Source: Eubacteriales bacterium (GTDB lineage: Bacteria; Bacillota; Clostridia; Lachnospirales; Lachnospiraceae). Taken from it: DNA of 64,000 bases. The DNA lies in NCBI GenBank assembly GCA_030524545.1, contig JAUNGM010000020.1:17884-81883 (forward strand), in the 5' to 3' direction. This document shows, one piece after another, positions 1 to 9,036 of this stretch (the stretch's first letter is position 1; the number at the start of each line of letters is the position of its first letter). The position numbers and the translations under genes are program-made. The notes beneath the pieces are model-generated. The model had not been told where the DNA came from. It made no database searches and saw nothing but the letters and a program-made list of their open reading frames with translations.

Positions 1-829
1 AACATGCACCATCGCAATGATGGGTTCTTTTGGGCCTGTGGTAGCTCTGTCCAGTTTGTCTAATAACCTGAACCAGACATTGGCAAGCGGAGAGAGAGTC
101 CTTTCCCTGCTTGAGGAAGAACCGCTTGTGAGAGAGATTGAAGAAGACGGAACCTGTATCTGGAACGGTGCGGACAATTTTACGGGAGCGGAGGTTTCTC
201 ATGTAAAATTTGCTTATGAGGAGGAAGTGATTCTGGATGATTATTCTCTCCGGATGGAGCCCGGAAGGGTCATTGGAATTCACGGTGCAAGCGGTTCCGG
301 AAAATCTACGATATTGAAGCTTCTGATGAGGTTCTGGGATGCAGATCATGGTTCGGTAGATGTGTCCGGCGAAAATGTACGGCGAATTCCCACAAAGCGT
401 CTTCGCGATAGTGAGTCCTTTGTTACGCAGGAAACACATCTGTTCCACGATTCCATAGCCAATAATATTGCTGTGGGCAAACCCGGTGCATCAAGTGAAG
501 AGATTATGGAGGCTGCCAAAAAAGCATCCATTCACGATTTTATCATGACCTTGACGAAAGGGTATGATTCGGAAGTCGGGGAACTGGGAGATACTTTATC
601 CGGCGGAGAGCGGCAGAGGATCGGAATTGCCAGAGCGTTTTTGCATGATGCACCCTTCCTTCTTATGGATGAACCTACCAGCAACCTGGATTCTTTAAAC
701 GAGGGAATCATCCTGAAGTCCCTGAAGGAATCCTGTAAGGAAAAGACGGTGGTATTGGTGTCTCATAGAAAATCTACCATGAATGTGGCGGATGAAGTAT
801 TTGAAATGAAGCAGGCCAGATTGTCATAA
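1..829 (+). CDS. ABC transporter ATP-binding/permease protein, C-terminal NBD portion (5' end lies outside the window; CydC/CydD-like exporter type)
   Basis: The reading frame is open from the window edge. Walker A GASGSGKST, ABC signature LSGGERQR, Walker B FLLMDEPTS and H-loop VSHR are present. Confidence 0.9.
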   Translation, partial: TCTIAMMGSFGPVVALSSLSNNLNQTLASGERVLSLLEEEPLVREIEEDGTCIWNGADNFTGAEVSHVKFAYEEEVILDDYSLRMEPGRVIGIHGASGSGKSTILKLLMRFWDADHGSVDVSGENVRRIPTKRLRDSESFVTQETHLFHDSIANNIAVGKPGASSEEIMEAAKKASIHDFIMTLTKGYDSEVGELGDTLSGGERQRIGIARAFLHDAPFLLMDEPTSNLDSLNEGIILKSLKESCKEKTVVLVSHRKSTMNVADEVFEMKQARLS

Positions 830-836
830 AACGGTT

Positions 837-872
837 GTGTTACTGTTTATGCCTTCGGCAGATCAGTAACAC
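837..872. repeat. 9-bp-stem hairpin (GTGTTACTG / CAGTAACAC) with a GCCTTCGGC loop; reverse-orientation member of the recurring GAAGG..AACAGTAAC motif family. Possible terminator or stabiliser after the ABC gene.
   Basis: Perfect inverted repeat read directly. Its reverse complement aligns at about 26/36 with 5012-5047. Confidence 0.5.
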
Positions 873-998
873 TGTTGTATCAAATGGTTGTATCAAATTT
901 TTATCAAAAGAGATTAATCTGTTGTACGAGGCATAACGAATATGATAAAATACCCTTGGTAAATCTAGTAAATTTTGCAAGAGAGAAAGGGGAAAAGG

Positions 999-2249
999 AT
1001 GGAAAAAAGGATTATTCAGGTGGAAGAGAGAGTTCCGATGAAACTGATGATTCCGCTAAGTATTCAGCATCTGTTTGCCATGTTCGGAGCTTCGGTTCTG
1101 GTGCCGTTTATTTTTGGCATTAATCCGGCCATTGTATTATTTATGAATGGGTGCGGAACACTGCTGTTTATCTGCATTACAAAGGGGAAGGCTCCGGCAT
1201 ACCTGGGCTCAAGCTTTGCGTTTCTTGCACCTGCGGGAGTGGTAATCGCCAAGTATGGGTTTGAGTATGCGCAGGGAGGTTTTGTCGTAGTCGGCATCTG
1301 CGGCTGTATCCTGGCAGGAATTATTTATAAATTCGGTACGGACTGGATTGATATTGTGCTTCCTCCTGCTGCAATGGGGCCGGTAGTTGCTCTGATCGGT
1401 CTTGAGCTTGCAGGTTCCGCTGCATCTACGGCGGGACTTACAGGGGTTGAAACAGTGGATACAAAGAATCTGATTGTATTTTTGGTAACGCTGGGAGTGG
1501 CTGTCTTCGGGCAGGTATTATTCCGCGGATTTCTCTCAGTAATTCCGATTCTGGTCGCGATCATTGCAGGTTATATTGCTGCAGCATGCTGCGGAATGCT
1601 GGATTTCGGGGAAGTAGCAGAGGCATCCTGGTTTGCCGTTCCGGCTTTTCATCTTGCAAAATTCAAGATGGAAGCGGTTCTGACGATCCTTCCGGTAATC
1701 CTCGTTATTACTTCTGAGCATATCGGGCATCAGATCGTCACAAGCAAGATTGTGGGAAAAGATCTGCTTAAGGATCCGGGGCTTCACCGCTCTATTTTTG
1801 CAGATAATTTTTCTACTGCAATCTCCGGTATGATCGGTTCTGTACCTACCACGACTTACGGAGAAAATATCGGAGTTATGGCGATTACAGGCGTGTACAG
1901 TGTGTGGGTGATCGGCGGGGCAGCAGTGCTCTCTATCCTGATTTCTTTCTGCGGAAAGTTTTCCACTCTGATCAGTACGATCCCTGGACCGGTAATCGGG
2001 GGAATCTCGATTCTGCTGTATGGAATGATCGGTACGTCAGGCCTTCGGATCCTGGTAGATAACAGGGTGGACTACGGAAAGTCCAGAAATCTGATTCTGA
2101 CCTCCGTTATTTTTGTAATCGGACTTTCCGGTATTGCAGTAAGTTTAGGTGATGTACAGCTGACCGGTATGGTGCTTGCCTGTGTGGTTGGTATGGCGTT
2201 GAGCCTGATCTTCTATGTATTGGATAAGTTTCATTTAACTAATGATTAG
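999..2249 (+). CDS. uraA: Uracil permease (NCS2 nucleobase:cation symporter)
   Basis: IQHLFAMFGASVLVP and the overall 12-TM pattern are typical of UraA/PyrP. The ATG at 999 is preceded by a purine-rich RBS (GAAAGGGGAAAAGG); the TTG at 975 in the ORF track is less likely. Confidence 0.85.
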   Translation: MEKRIIQVEERVPMKLMIPLSIQHLFAMFGASVLVPFIFGINPAIVLFMNGCGTLLFICITKGKAPAYLGSSFAFLAPAGVVIAKYGFEYAQGGFVVVGICGCILAGIIYKFGTDWIDIVLPPAAMGPVVALIGLELAGSAASTAGLTGVETVDTKNLIVFLVTLGVAVFGQVLFRGFLSVIPILVAIIAGYIAAACCGMLDFGEVAEASWFAVPAFHLAKFKMEAVLTILPVILVITSEHIGHQIVTSKIVGKDLLKDPGLHRSIFADNFSTAISGMIGSVPTTTYGENIGVMAITGVYSVWVIGGAAVLSILISFCGKFSTLISTIPGPVIGGISILLYGMIGTSGLRILVDNRVDYGKSRNLILTSVIFVIGLSGIAVSLGDVQLTGMVLACVVGMALSLIFYVLDKFHLTND

Positions 2250-2428
2250 ATGAATGATGCATCCATAGTTACGGTTTACCCCCAAGCCTTGCACCGGATG
2301 CAAGGCTATGGACTGGTAAGGTGAAATTGCCATAAGCCTGACGTTAAAATTTTAGAGGAATATATTTACACATAAAAACGATAAAGGTATAATAAACATA
2401 AAAGATCAAAATACATTAGGAGGAAACA

Positions 2429-2944
2429 ATGATGTTAGATAAAAAAGTAGTGGAACTGTTAAACCAGCAGGTAAATAAAGAATTTTATTCTGCATATTTA
2501 TACCTGGACTTTTCCAATTTCTATTATGACCAGGGATTAGACGGATTCGGAAACTGGTATAAGATTCAGGCACAGGAAGAAAGAGACCATGCAATGCTGT
2601 TTATCCAGTATCTGCAGAATAACGGCGAAAAGGTAGAATTAGAAGCAATTGAAAAACCAGGCGTTGCTCTGGAAAGCGCTAAGGCTGTTCTTGCAGAAGG
2701 CCTGAAGCACGAGCAGTATGTTACAAGCCTGATACATAACATCTATGATGCTGCATATACTGTAAAGGATTTCCGTACCATGCAGTTCCTTGACTGGTTT
2801 GTGAAGGAACAGGGTGAGGAAGAGACAAATGCAGATAATCTTGTAAAGAAATTTGAGTTGTTCGGTGATGATCCTAAGAGCCTTTACATGCTTGACAACG
2901 AGCTGGCTGCAAGAGTATATTCCGCACCGTCTCTGGTATTATAA
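2429..2944 (+). CDS. ftnA: Non-heme ferritin
   Basis: Ferritin-like diiron motifs (NKEFYSAYLYL, QAQEERDHAM, EQGEEE). AGGAGG RBS lies 5-8 nt upstream of the tandem ATGs. Confidence 0.9.
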   Translation: MMLDKKVVELLNQQVNKEFYSAYLYLDFSNFYYDQGLDGFGNWYKIQAQEERDHAMLFIQYLQNNGEKVELEAIEKPGVALESAKAVLAEGLKHEQYVTSLIHNIYDAAYTVKDFRTMQFLDWFVKEQGEEETNADNLVKKFELFGDDPKSLYMLDNELAARVYSAPSLVL

Positions 2945-2946
2945 TC

Positions 2947-3135
2947 ATGAACCGGGATAAAGTCATCTGTCCCTGCTACCACGTCACAAAGGGTGATGTG
3001 GCGGATGCTGTGAAGAATGGGGCAGTCTCCTTTAAAGACGTAAAAAAGGCCACAAAGGCAGGGAAGGGCTGCGGCAAGTGTAAGAAAAAGGTGAAGAAGC
3101 TGACGAAGAAGCTTCTGGCTAAGGGAAAAGAATAG
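2947..3135 (+). CDS. BFD-like [2Fe-2S]-binding domain protein with a lysine-rich tail
   Basis: Four Cys in a CxC...CxxC arrangement (ICPCYHVTKGD...GKGCGKCKKK). Starts 2 nt after the ferritin stop. Confidence 0.8.
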   Translation: MNRDKVICPCYHVTKGDVADAVKNGAVSFKDVKKATKAGKGCGKCKKKVKKLTKKLLAKGKE

Positions 3136-3157
3136 AGATATTATATTTTTTAGTTAA

Positions 3158-3191
3158 GGGAATCTGTGCGGGTGCGGCAGGTTCCCTTTTT
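3158..3191 (+). terminator. Rho-independent terminator after the ferritin/Bfd pair
   Basis: GGGAATCTG ... CAGGTTCCC stem (one G-U pair) followed by TTTTT. Confidence 0.8.
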
Positions 3192-3373
3192 ACCTGAAGA
3201 AAGCAAATTCATTTACCCATTCCCATAAGTAAGGTTACAATGACCGTACATTGTGAAAATTATTTACTGAATTTAACAATTTGAACACAATTTTCCCACA
3301 AAGTAAACACAAATTCCCAATATACTTTAAACCAACAAAAAGATAAATAAAGAATCCAGGGAGGGATTTGATT

Positions 3374-4826
3374 ATGATGAATAAAGATGAACGGAATGAG
3401 AAAATGAAGAAAGCTGTTAAAAAGGGTGCAAGTATCAGTTTATGTGCAGTGCTGGCGGGAGGACTGGCAGCAGGAGCTTTTCAGGGAGTGAATACTTTGA
3501 CAGGATGGAATCAGCCGACACAGGTGGAAGCGGCTGTCCAAAGGGATGATGGAGTGACTCTTTTGAAAACAAAGACAGAATCCAAAGATTCAGAAGAAGA
3601 ATCCGGTTCTTCCGTAAAAGGCGGGCTTGATGTTTCGGATATTGTAGAGGAGGCAATGCCTTCTGTTATCCATTACAACAAAATCCCTGCAGGAAGTACA
3701 GAACTATTTCGGATTATTCCAGTATGGAAACGGGCGTGGATATGCTCCGCAGTATCAGGAAGTGCAAGGAAGCGGCTCAGGTATTATTATTGGAAAGAAT
3801 GATAATTCCCTTTTGATTGCAACGAATTATCATGTAATTGAAGATGCCGAAACGGTTTCTGTTTCCTTTATAGATGGAAATTCTTACGAAGCAACAGTGA
3901 ATGGTTACGATGAAGATCGTGACCTGGCAGTCGTTTCTGTAAGCCTTGATGACATTTCTGATGACACATTGGATGAAATCTCTGTTGCAGCGATTGGCAG
4001 TTCTGATGATCTGCAGGTTGGCGAGCAGGTAGTGGCTATTGGTAATGCACTTGGATATGGACAGTCTGTAACTACCGGTATCGTAAGTGCTAAGAACCGC
4101 AGACTGGATGGGTCAGTGCAGGATTTTGATTCGGACAATGCAGATGAGGCTGACGGCGTAAACCTGATTCAGACAGATGCTGCAATTAATCCTGGTAACA
4201 GCGGCGGTGCCCTTCTTAATATGGATGGCGAAGTGGTTGGTATCAACTCAGCAAAATTGGCATCCACAGAAGTAGAGGGTATGGGATATGCCATTGCCAT
4301 CTCTGATGTAGCTGATGTGCTGGAGAATCTGATGAATGAAACTCCAAGAGAAAAGGTAGAGGATGGAAATCATGGCGTTCTTGGTATTACAGGAACATCT
4401 GTCAGTGATGAAGCAGTTCAGGTATATGGTATGCCTGCCGGTGTTTATGTAACAGAGATAACGGAAGACAGCGGAGCAGATGAGGCGGGAATTAAGAAGA
4501 ATACCATTATCACAGAGTTTAACGGTAAAAGAGTAAAAGATATCCAGACTCTCGTAGATCTTCTTGAATACTATGAGCCTGGCGAAGAAGTGGAGCTTAC
4601 TGTGGAAGTGATAGATGGTGACGGCTATAAGGAAAAAACAGTTACAGTGACACTGAGCGAAAATACCAATAAGGATGAAGATAAAGAGGATCAGGAAGAT
4701 AAGAAAAACAATGAGAAAGAGGATCAGTCCGAGGAGAGCGAAGGCAATTTATATGAGGACTGGGAGAACAGCGAAGAGGAAAAAGAACAGATTCCTGATA
4801 TCAGAGAATTTTTTGGACAGTGGTAA
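3374..4826 (+). pseudogene. htrA: HtrA/DegP-family serine protease (S1C, one PDZ domain) interrupted by a 1-nt frameshift near 3666-3668
   Basis: N-terminal anchor ORF (frame 2) and catalytic ORF (frame 0) overlap. Removing one base at about 3668 gives a continuous ...EEAMPSVSITTKSLQEVQNYFGLFQYGNGRGYAPQYQEVQGSGSGIIIG.... His (NYHVIED), Asp (DLAVV) and Ser (GNSGGAL) all lie in the downstream frame. Confidence 0.85.
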
Positions 4827-4990
4827 ACAGCAGACAGAAGAAGGAATATAAAGCTGCAAAAGATAGAAAAATAATAGAATAAAATGATGGAAAAAGAAGT
4901 CAACGGGATATGGAACTCCATAGGTCAGGCCTGAAAGCTTAACTTATGGAACGAAAGTTCATACATCCGCTGGCTTCTTCTTATTTGTTC

Positions 4991-5045
4991 GATCAGTAAC
5001 TACAGAGGTCTTCTGTTACTTTTATGCCGAAGGAGTGAACAGTAG
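4991..5045. repeat. Copy of the GTAAC / GAAGG..GAACAGTA hairpin motif family
   Basis: AGTAAC(4995-5000)/GTTACT(5015-5020) stem, followed by TGCCGAAGGAGTGAACAGTAG. Aligns with the reverse complement of 837-872 and with 43877-43903. Confidence 0.5.
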
Positions 5046-5105
5046 TCTTTCGTTATTTCAGAATATGCATCTGTAATCTGGAATATTGAAAGAAGCATAT
5101 ATCTC

Positions 5106-5114
5106 TGCTATACT
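5106..5114 (+). promoter_or_regulatory. Extended -10 promoter element (TGcTATACT) for the nucleoside hydrolase operon
   Basis: Sequence read directly. No convincing -35 element. Confidence 0.4.
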
Positions 5115-5121
5115 AAAAAGG

Positions 5122-5206
5122 CTGGTACATCGTTTTGCAGATAACATATGATTCGTTTATTATACAGGATATAAGACAGAATATTGTCCGCAAAACGATG
5201 TACCGG
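5122..5206 (+). promoter_or_regulatory. 5'-leader long-range helix (15 perfect bp, 17 bp with a G-U pair) enclosing a 51-nt AT-rich loop
   Basis: GGTACATCGTTTTGC (5124-5138) is the exact reverse complement of GCAAAACGATGTACC (5190-5204). It begins a few nt downstream of the putative -10. Confidence 0.6.
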
Positions 5207-5232
5207 ATAAATTAGACAATGAGGAAAAGTAT

Positions 5233-6210
5233 ATGGAAAAAAGAAAAATCATCATAGACTGTGATCCCGGTGTGGATGACGCGATTGCGCTGGCCTTCGC
5301 GGCTGCGCATCAGGAGGAATTTGAGCTTCTGGCGGTCACTGCTGTAAGCGGGAACCAGTCTATTGAAAAAGTGGCGCAGAATGCATTAAATCTGGCGGAA
5401 TTCTATGGTCTTGATGTACCTGTTGCAAGAGGCATGGATGCTCCTCTGGTCAAAGAACCATTATATGCTGCCAAAACTCATGGGGAAAACGGAATTGGCC
5501 AATGTGCTATTCCGGCAGCCGCCAAAACGATGATGAAAGAACATGCCGTTTTGTATCTGAACAGACTTTTAAAAGAGCTTCCGGAAGGAAAAAAGGCAAC
5601 CTTGATAGCAACGGGCCCGCTGACAAACATTGCCATGCTCCTGAGACTTTTTCCTGAGGTAAAAGATAAAATTCTGGAAATCGTCTTTATGGGCGGTGCT
5701 GCTATGGGCGGAAATGTTACGCCGTCTGCGGAATTTAATATGTATGTGGATCCGGATGCTGCGAGAATCGTGTTTAAGTCAGGAATTCCCCTTGTAATGT
5801 GCGGTCTGGATGCCACGTTAAAATGCACACTTAAAAGAAATCAGATTATCAAGCTTTGTCAGTCAGGAAATCCTGCAGCGAAAGTCTGCGGAGATATGGC
5901 AGGATACACTCTGGAAAATACATCCGCAAAATACAGGGGAGAGGTTAGCATTCATGACGTGGTTCCGTTGATGTACCTGCTTCACCCTGAGATATTTACC
6001 ATCAAGAGAACCATTCTGGACGTAGACTGTTCCGAAGGGCCGGCACGGGGAACCACATTGTGTGATTTCCGCTGGTGGGAACATGATGAAGAGGAATTGA
6101 CATCTTTTGTACTTCTGGACGCGGACGGCAGCAGGTTCCAGGAGTATCTGATCACTGCACTTTATGAGCTTGGAGAATCCATGAGAGGCAGAACAGAAGG
6201 GATACAGTAA
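5233..6210 (+). CDS. Inosine-uridine preferring nucleoside hydrolase family protein
   Basis: N-terminal DCDPGVDDAIAL aspartate cluster typical of the IUNH family; 325 aa. Confidence 0.9.
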   Translation: MEKRKIIIDCDPGVDDAIALAFAAAHQEEFELLAVTAVSGNQSIEKVAQNALNLAEFYGLDVPVARGMDAPLVKEPLYAAKTHGENGIGQCAIPAAAKTMMKEHAVLYLNRLLKELPEGKKATLIATGPLTNIAMLLRLFPEVKDKILEIVFMGGAAMGGNVTPSAEFNMYVDPDAARIVFKSGIPLVMCGLDATLKCTLKRNQIIKLCQSGNPAAKVCGDMAGYTLENTSAKYRGEVSIHDVVPLMYLLHPEIFTIKRTILDVDCSEGPARGTTLCDFRWWEHDEEELTSFVLLDADGSRFQEYLITALYELGESMRGRTEGIQ

Positions 6211-7169
6211 TGAATTATATTGTTTTTGATCTGGAGTGGAATCAAAGTCCGGGTGGAAAGAAAAATTCCAACAGCCATCTTCCCTTTGAAATCATTGAAA
6301 TAGGTGCCGTGAAGCTGAATGAACAGTTTGAAACAGTCGACAGTTTTCAGAGATTGATCAAGCCCCAGGTTTATAATTGGATTCATGACAGCATTCATGA
6401 AGTTATTCATGTAAACTACAAAGATCTGGTGAAGGGAACTCCTTTTCCCGAGGCAGCGAGGGAGTTTCTGGAGTGGTGCGGGCCGGAGTACTGTTTTTTT
6501 ACATGGGGAAATCAGGATGTGATGGAACTGCAGCGTAATCTGAAATATTATAAAATGCTGCAGCTGTTTCCCGGACCGGTGACGTATTATGATGTGCAGA
6601 AGATTTTTGGTATTCGTTATGAGGACAGGAAGTCAAGAAGAGCATTGGAATATGCAATTGATTATCTCAAAATTGAAAAAGACCATGGATTTCACAGAGC
6701 GCTTGCAGATGCTTATTATACCGGAGAGGTATTGAAGACAATTAATGAAGAGTATATTTTTCCAAACTCGTCCATAGATGTGTACCAGAATCCAAAGAGC
6801 AGAAAAGAGGAAATCCATATTTCCTATCCTACTTATGATAAGTATGTTTCCAGGGAATTCCTTGATAAGGAAAAGATTATGAAGGACAGGGAAGTGAACA
6901 GTACCCGATGTCCTGTTTGTCATCTTCCTGCAAAGCGAAAAATCCGGTGGTTTATGAATAATTCCAAAATGTATGAAAGTATTTCACTTTGCCAGGAACA
7001 CGGTTATGTAAAGGGAAAAATTAAAATACGGCGTACGGAAGAAAACAGGTTTTATGTGATTAAGACCTTAAGGACTGTAACAATAGAAGAAGCGGAGGAA
7101 CTCCGCGAAAAAAGGGAATCCCTCCGCCGTAAAAGGCAGATGAAGAAACGGCTAATTAAGCAGGTCTGA
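6210..7169 (+). CDS. DEDD-type 3'-5' exonuclease (KapD/ERI-1-like) with a C-terminal Cys/His-containing extension
   Basis: ExoI motif IVFDLEWN, EIIEIGAV, HRALADAYY. Start overlaps the upstream stop (TAATG). Confidence 0.8.
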   Translation: MNYIVFDLEWNQSPGGKKNSNSHLPFEIIEIGAVKLNEQFETVDSFQRLIKPQVYNWIHDSIHEVIHVNYKDLVKGTPFPEAAREFLEWCGPEYCFFTWGNQDVMELQRNLKYYKMLQLFPGPVTYYDVQKIFGIRYEDRKSRRALEYAIDYLKIEKDHGFHRALADAYYTGEVLKTINEEYIFPNSSIDVYQNPKSRKEEIHISYPTYDKYVSREFLDKEKIMKDREVNSTRCPVCHLPAKRKIRWFMNNSKMYESISLCQEHGYVKGKIKIRRTEENRFYVIKTLRTVTIEEAEELREKRESLRRKRQMKKRLIKQV

Positions 7170-8453
7170 CAGGATATTTCGTTCGTATTGGATGCTCCAT
7201 CCAACTGCATGATCCTGATAATAATATCGTGTTCTAAGCCTTAAGGGTCCTGCGGCATCATGCAGCAGGGCCTGTTTTGTTGTAAGAGTGGATACGTCGG
7301 TTCCGGTGGGAACGGAAACGTAAACATTGCGCATATAATGGAATGGGAATGTGTTGCCGCCATCCTTGAGAATATATTTTTCACTGGGAAGTGTTTTTAA
7401 CGGAACAGGTTCTTTATCTACCTTCATTTTTACCCGTTCAAAATTGTTAAATCCATAATCCAGTAGCGCAGCGGTATCGGACCAGGCACCATTGACAGAG
7501 TTCAGAACCACGACAAGAAGAATTGTGCTCCCCCTTTTGGCATATGTGACCAGGGTACTTCCGGCAGCATCCGTGTATCCCGTTTTACCGCCTACAACGC
7601 CGTCATAAGCATAATCTCTGCCTGCCATCATCTTATGATGATTCAAAAGATAACGAGTTTCCGGCTGTTTATTGGTTGGCGGAATTTCGTACAAATCTTT
7701 TGTTACAAATTTACGGAACAGAGGATTAAACCATGCAGTTTTGGCAATCTTGGCCATATCGCTGGCAGTAGTGTAATGGGTTTCGTCCGGAAGTCCGTTG
7801 GGATTGTTAAAGTGGGTTTTGGTACAGCCGATCTGTCTGGCACGTTCATTCATCAATTCTACAAATTTCTTGGAGGATCCGCTGACTTCCTCCCCGATAG
7901 CAATGGACATTTCATTAGCGGACTCCAGCATGACGGCCATCAGAGCCTGAGTAACCGTAAATTCTTCCCCTGTTTCTGCATAGATGCTGGAGCTTCCGGG
8001 TTCAATGCCGTAAGCGGCAGCTTCGGAAACGACCATTTTGGCACTTAAATCCAGGTTCTCACAGCCGAGTAAAGTAGTCATGATCTTGGTAATGCTGGCC
8101 GGATATTGCTTTTTGCCGGCGTTTTTGGAGTAGAGAACTGCTTCTGTGTAGACATCCATCACAATGGCGGATTCCGCTTCAATCTGTGGACCTTTAGGCC
8201 AGCCTTCTATGGAATCAGTGGATGCCTCCTGGGTGTAGTATTCTGTGTGTGGATTTGGGGTAGGTGTGGGATTGGCGGCAGCTTCCGTGCTGTCACCGCT
8301 CTCTGCTGCATAAATAAATGCAGGCTGGTTCAGAAGCAGAATTCCCAGAAGAAGGCAGCCTGCGGCCAGCCGTAAATAATACCTTTTCAGCCATACCATT
8401 GTTGGCGCAGCAGGTGCGCCGGACAGGAGGTAATTTTTTTTCTTTCTTATCAT
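7152..8453 (-). CDS. D-alanyl-D-alanine carboxypeptidase (serine-type, PBP5/DacB-like)
   Basis: SxxK (SITKIM), SxN (SANE) and KTG (GGKTGYT) motifs. Start chosen at MIRKKK (8453); the upstream in-frame ATG at 8471 and TTG at 8513 have poorer RBS context. The start is uncertain. Confidence 0.8.
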   Translation of the reverse strand: MIRKKKNYLLSGAPAAPTMVWLKRYYLRLAAGCLLLGILLLNQPAFIYAAESGDSTEAAANPTPTPNPHTEYYTQEASTDSIEGWPKGPQIEAESAIVMDVYTEAVLYSKNAGKKQYPASITKIMTTLLGCENLDLSAKMVVSEAAAYGIEPGSSSIYAETGEEFTVTQALMAVMLESANEMSIAIGEEVSGSSKKFVELMNERARQIGCTKTHFNNPNGLPDETHYTTASDMAKIAKTAWFNPLFRKFVTKDLYEIPPTNKQPETRYLLNHHKMMAGRDYAYDGVVGGKTGYTDAAGSTLVTYAKRGSTILLVVVLNSVNGAWSDTAALLDYGFNNFERVKMKVDKEPVPLKTLPSEKYILKDGGNTFPFHYMRNVYVSVPTGTDVSTLTTKQALLHDAAGPLRLRTRYYYQDHAVGWSIQYERNILSDLLN

Positions 8454-8696
8454 TATCAAACAACCCTTCATTTTTATTGATTTCAATTTACGCTCCCGCG
8501 AAGGGAGCAACAATCAGCGGCAGCAGCCCGGTAGAAAGCAGCTGTCTTCCTGCGAGACGACAGTGCATGGAGCAGATAAAAAATGAATCATGTGATTCCG
8601 CATTGCTGCTTACTCATAAAGACATTATATATGAATAAAAAATCGTATACAAGGATATATTTTACAGGAGGTTGTCCTAAAATATGTAAAAAACAC

Positions 8697-8726
8697 TTGA
8701 CATATGGATTTTCCAGCCCTTATAAT
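8697..8726 (+). promoter_or_regulatory. Sigma-A-type promoter of the ileS leader (TTGACA, 18-nt spacer, TATAAT)
   Basis: Consensus hexamers read directly at 8697-8702 and 8721-8726. Confidence 0.65.
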
Positions 8727-8732
8727 AAATCA

Positions 8733-9032
8733 GCACACGAAAAATATGTAAAGACTTTGATGGAGACAGTAAGCTGTTTAAAAAGCTGCAGAGAGCCGGG
8801 GACGGTGGAATCCCGGTGCGAGTATATTCAGCGGAAGATCACTCCGGAGTTTCTTTTCCGAAAGGCACCGCAGGGGTTTGCCGGTAACATCGGTGCAAAT
8901 AGGAATAGACGGTATTTCCACCGTTAGAGGGAACATGTATCGGCATAAGTATGCGCAAAATGCCCGTACAGTGTAACAGGTGGTGCGAATGTGACAGTTA
9001 CTTTCGTCCTTTTACAGGACGGAAGTTTTTTT
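8733..9032 (+). promoter_or_regulatory. T-box riboswitch leader, isoleucine specifier (AUC at 8838-8840)
   Basis: Stem I elements (GCAGAGAG, GGTGGAATCC). Specifier-loop context GAAG-AUC-A. T-box-like AGGTGGTGCGAA at about 8978-8990, followed by a terminator hairpin. Located upstream of ileS. Confidence 0.85.
9001..9032 (+). terminator. T-box terminator hairpin with a U-run
   Basis: CTTTCGTCC / GGACGGAAG 9-bp stem, 7-nt loop, then TTTTTTT. Confidence 0.85.
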
Positions 9033-9036
9033 GTTT

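Noticed and set aside
830-998. A PyrR-type attenuator upstream of the uracil permease gene.
   Set aside because: - No PyrR binding loop (..CCAGAGAGG..) is present.
- No terminator/antiterminator pair is present.
- Only a TGTATCAAAT direct repeat and a weak promoter-like region were seen, which is too little to call.
5122-5206. A purine, 2'-dG, preQ1 or xanthine riboswitch upstream of the nucleoside hydrolase gene.
   Set aside because: The conserved junction sequences of those classes are not recognisable in the 51-nt loop. The region is kept only as an unclassified structured leader.
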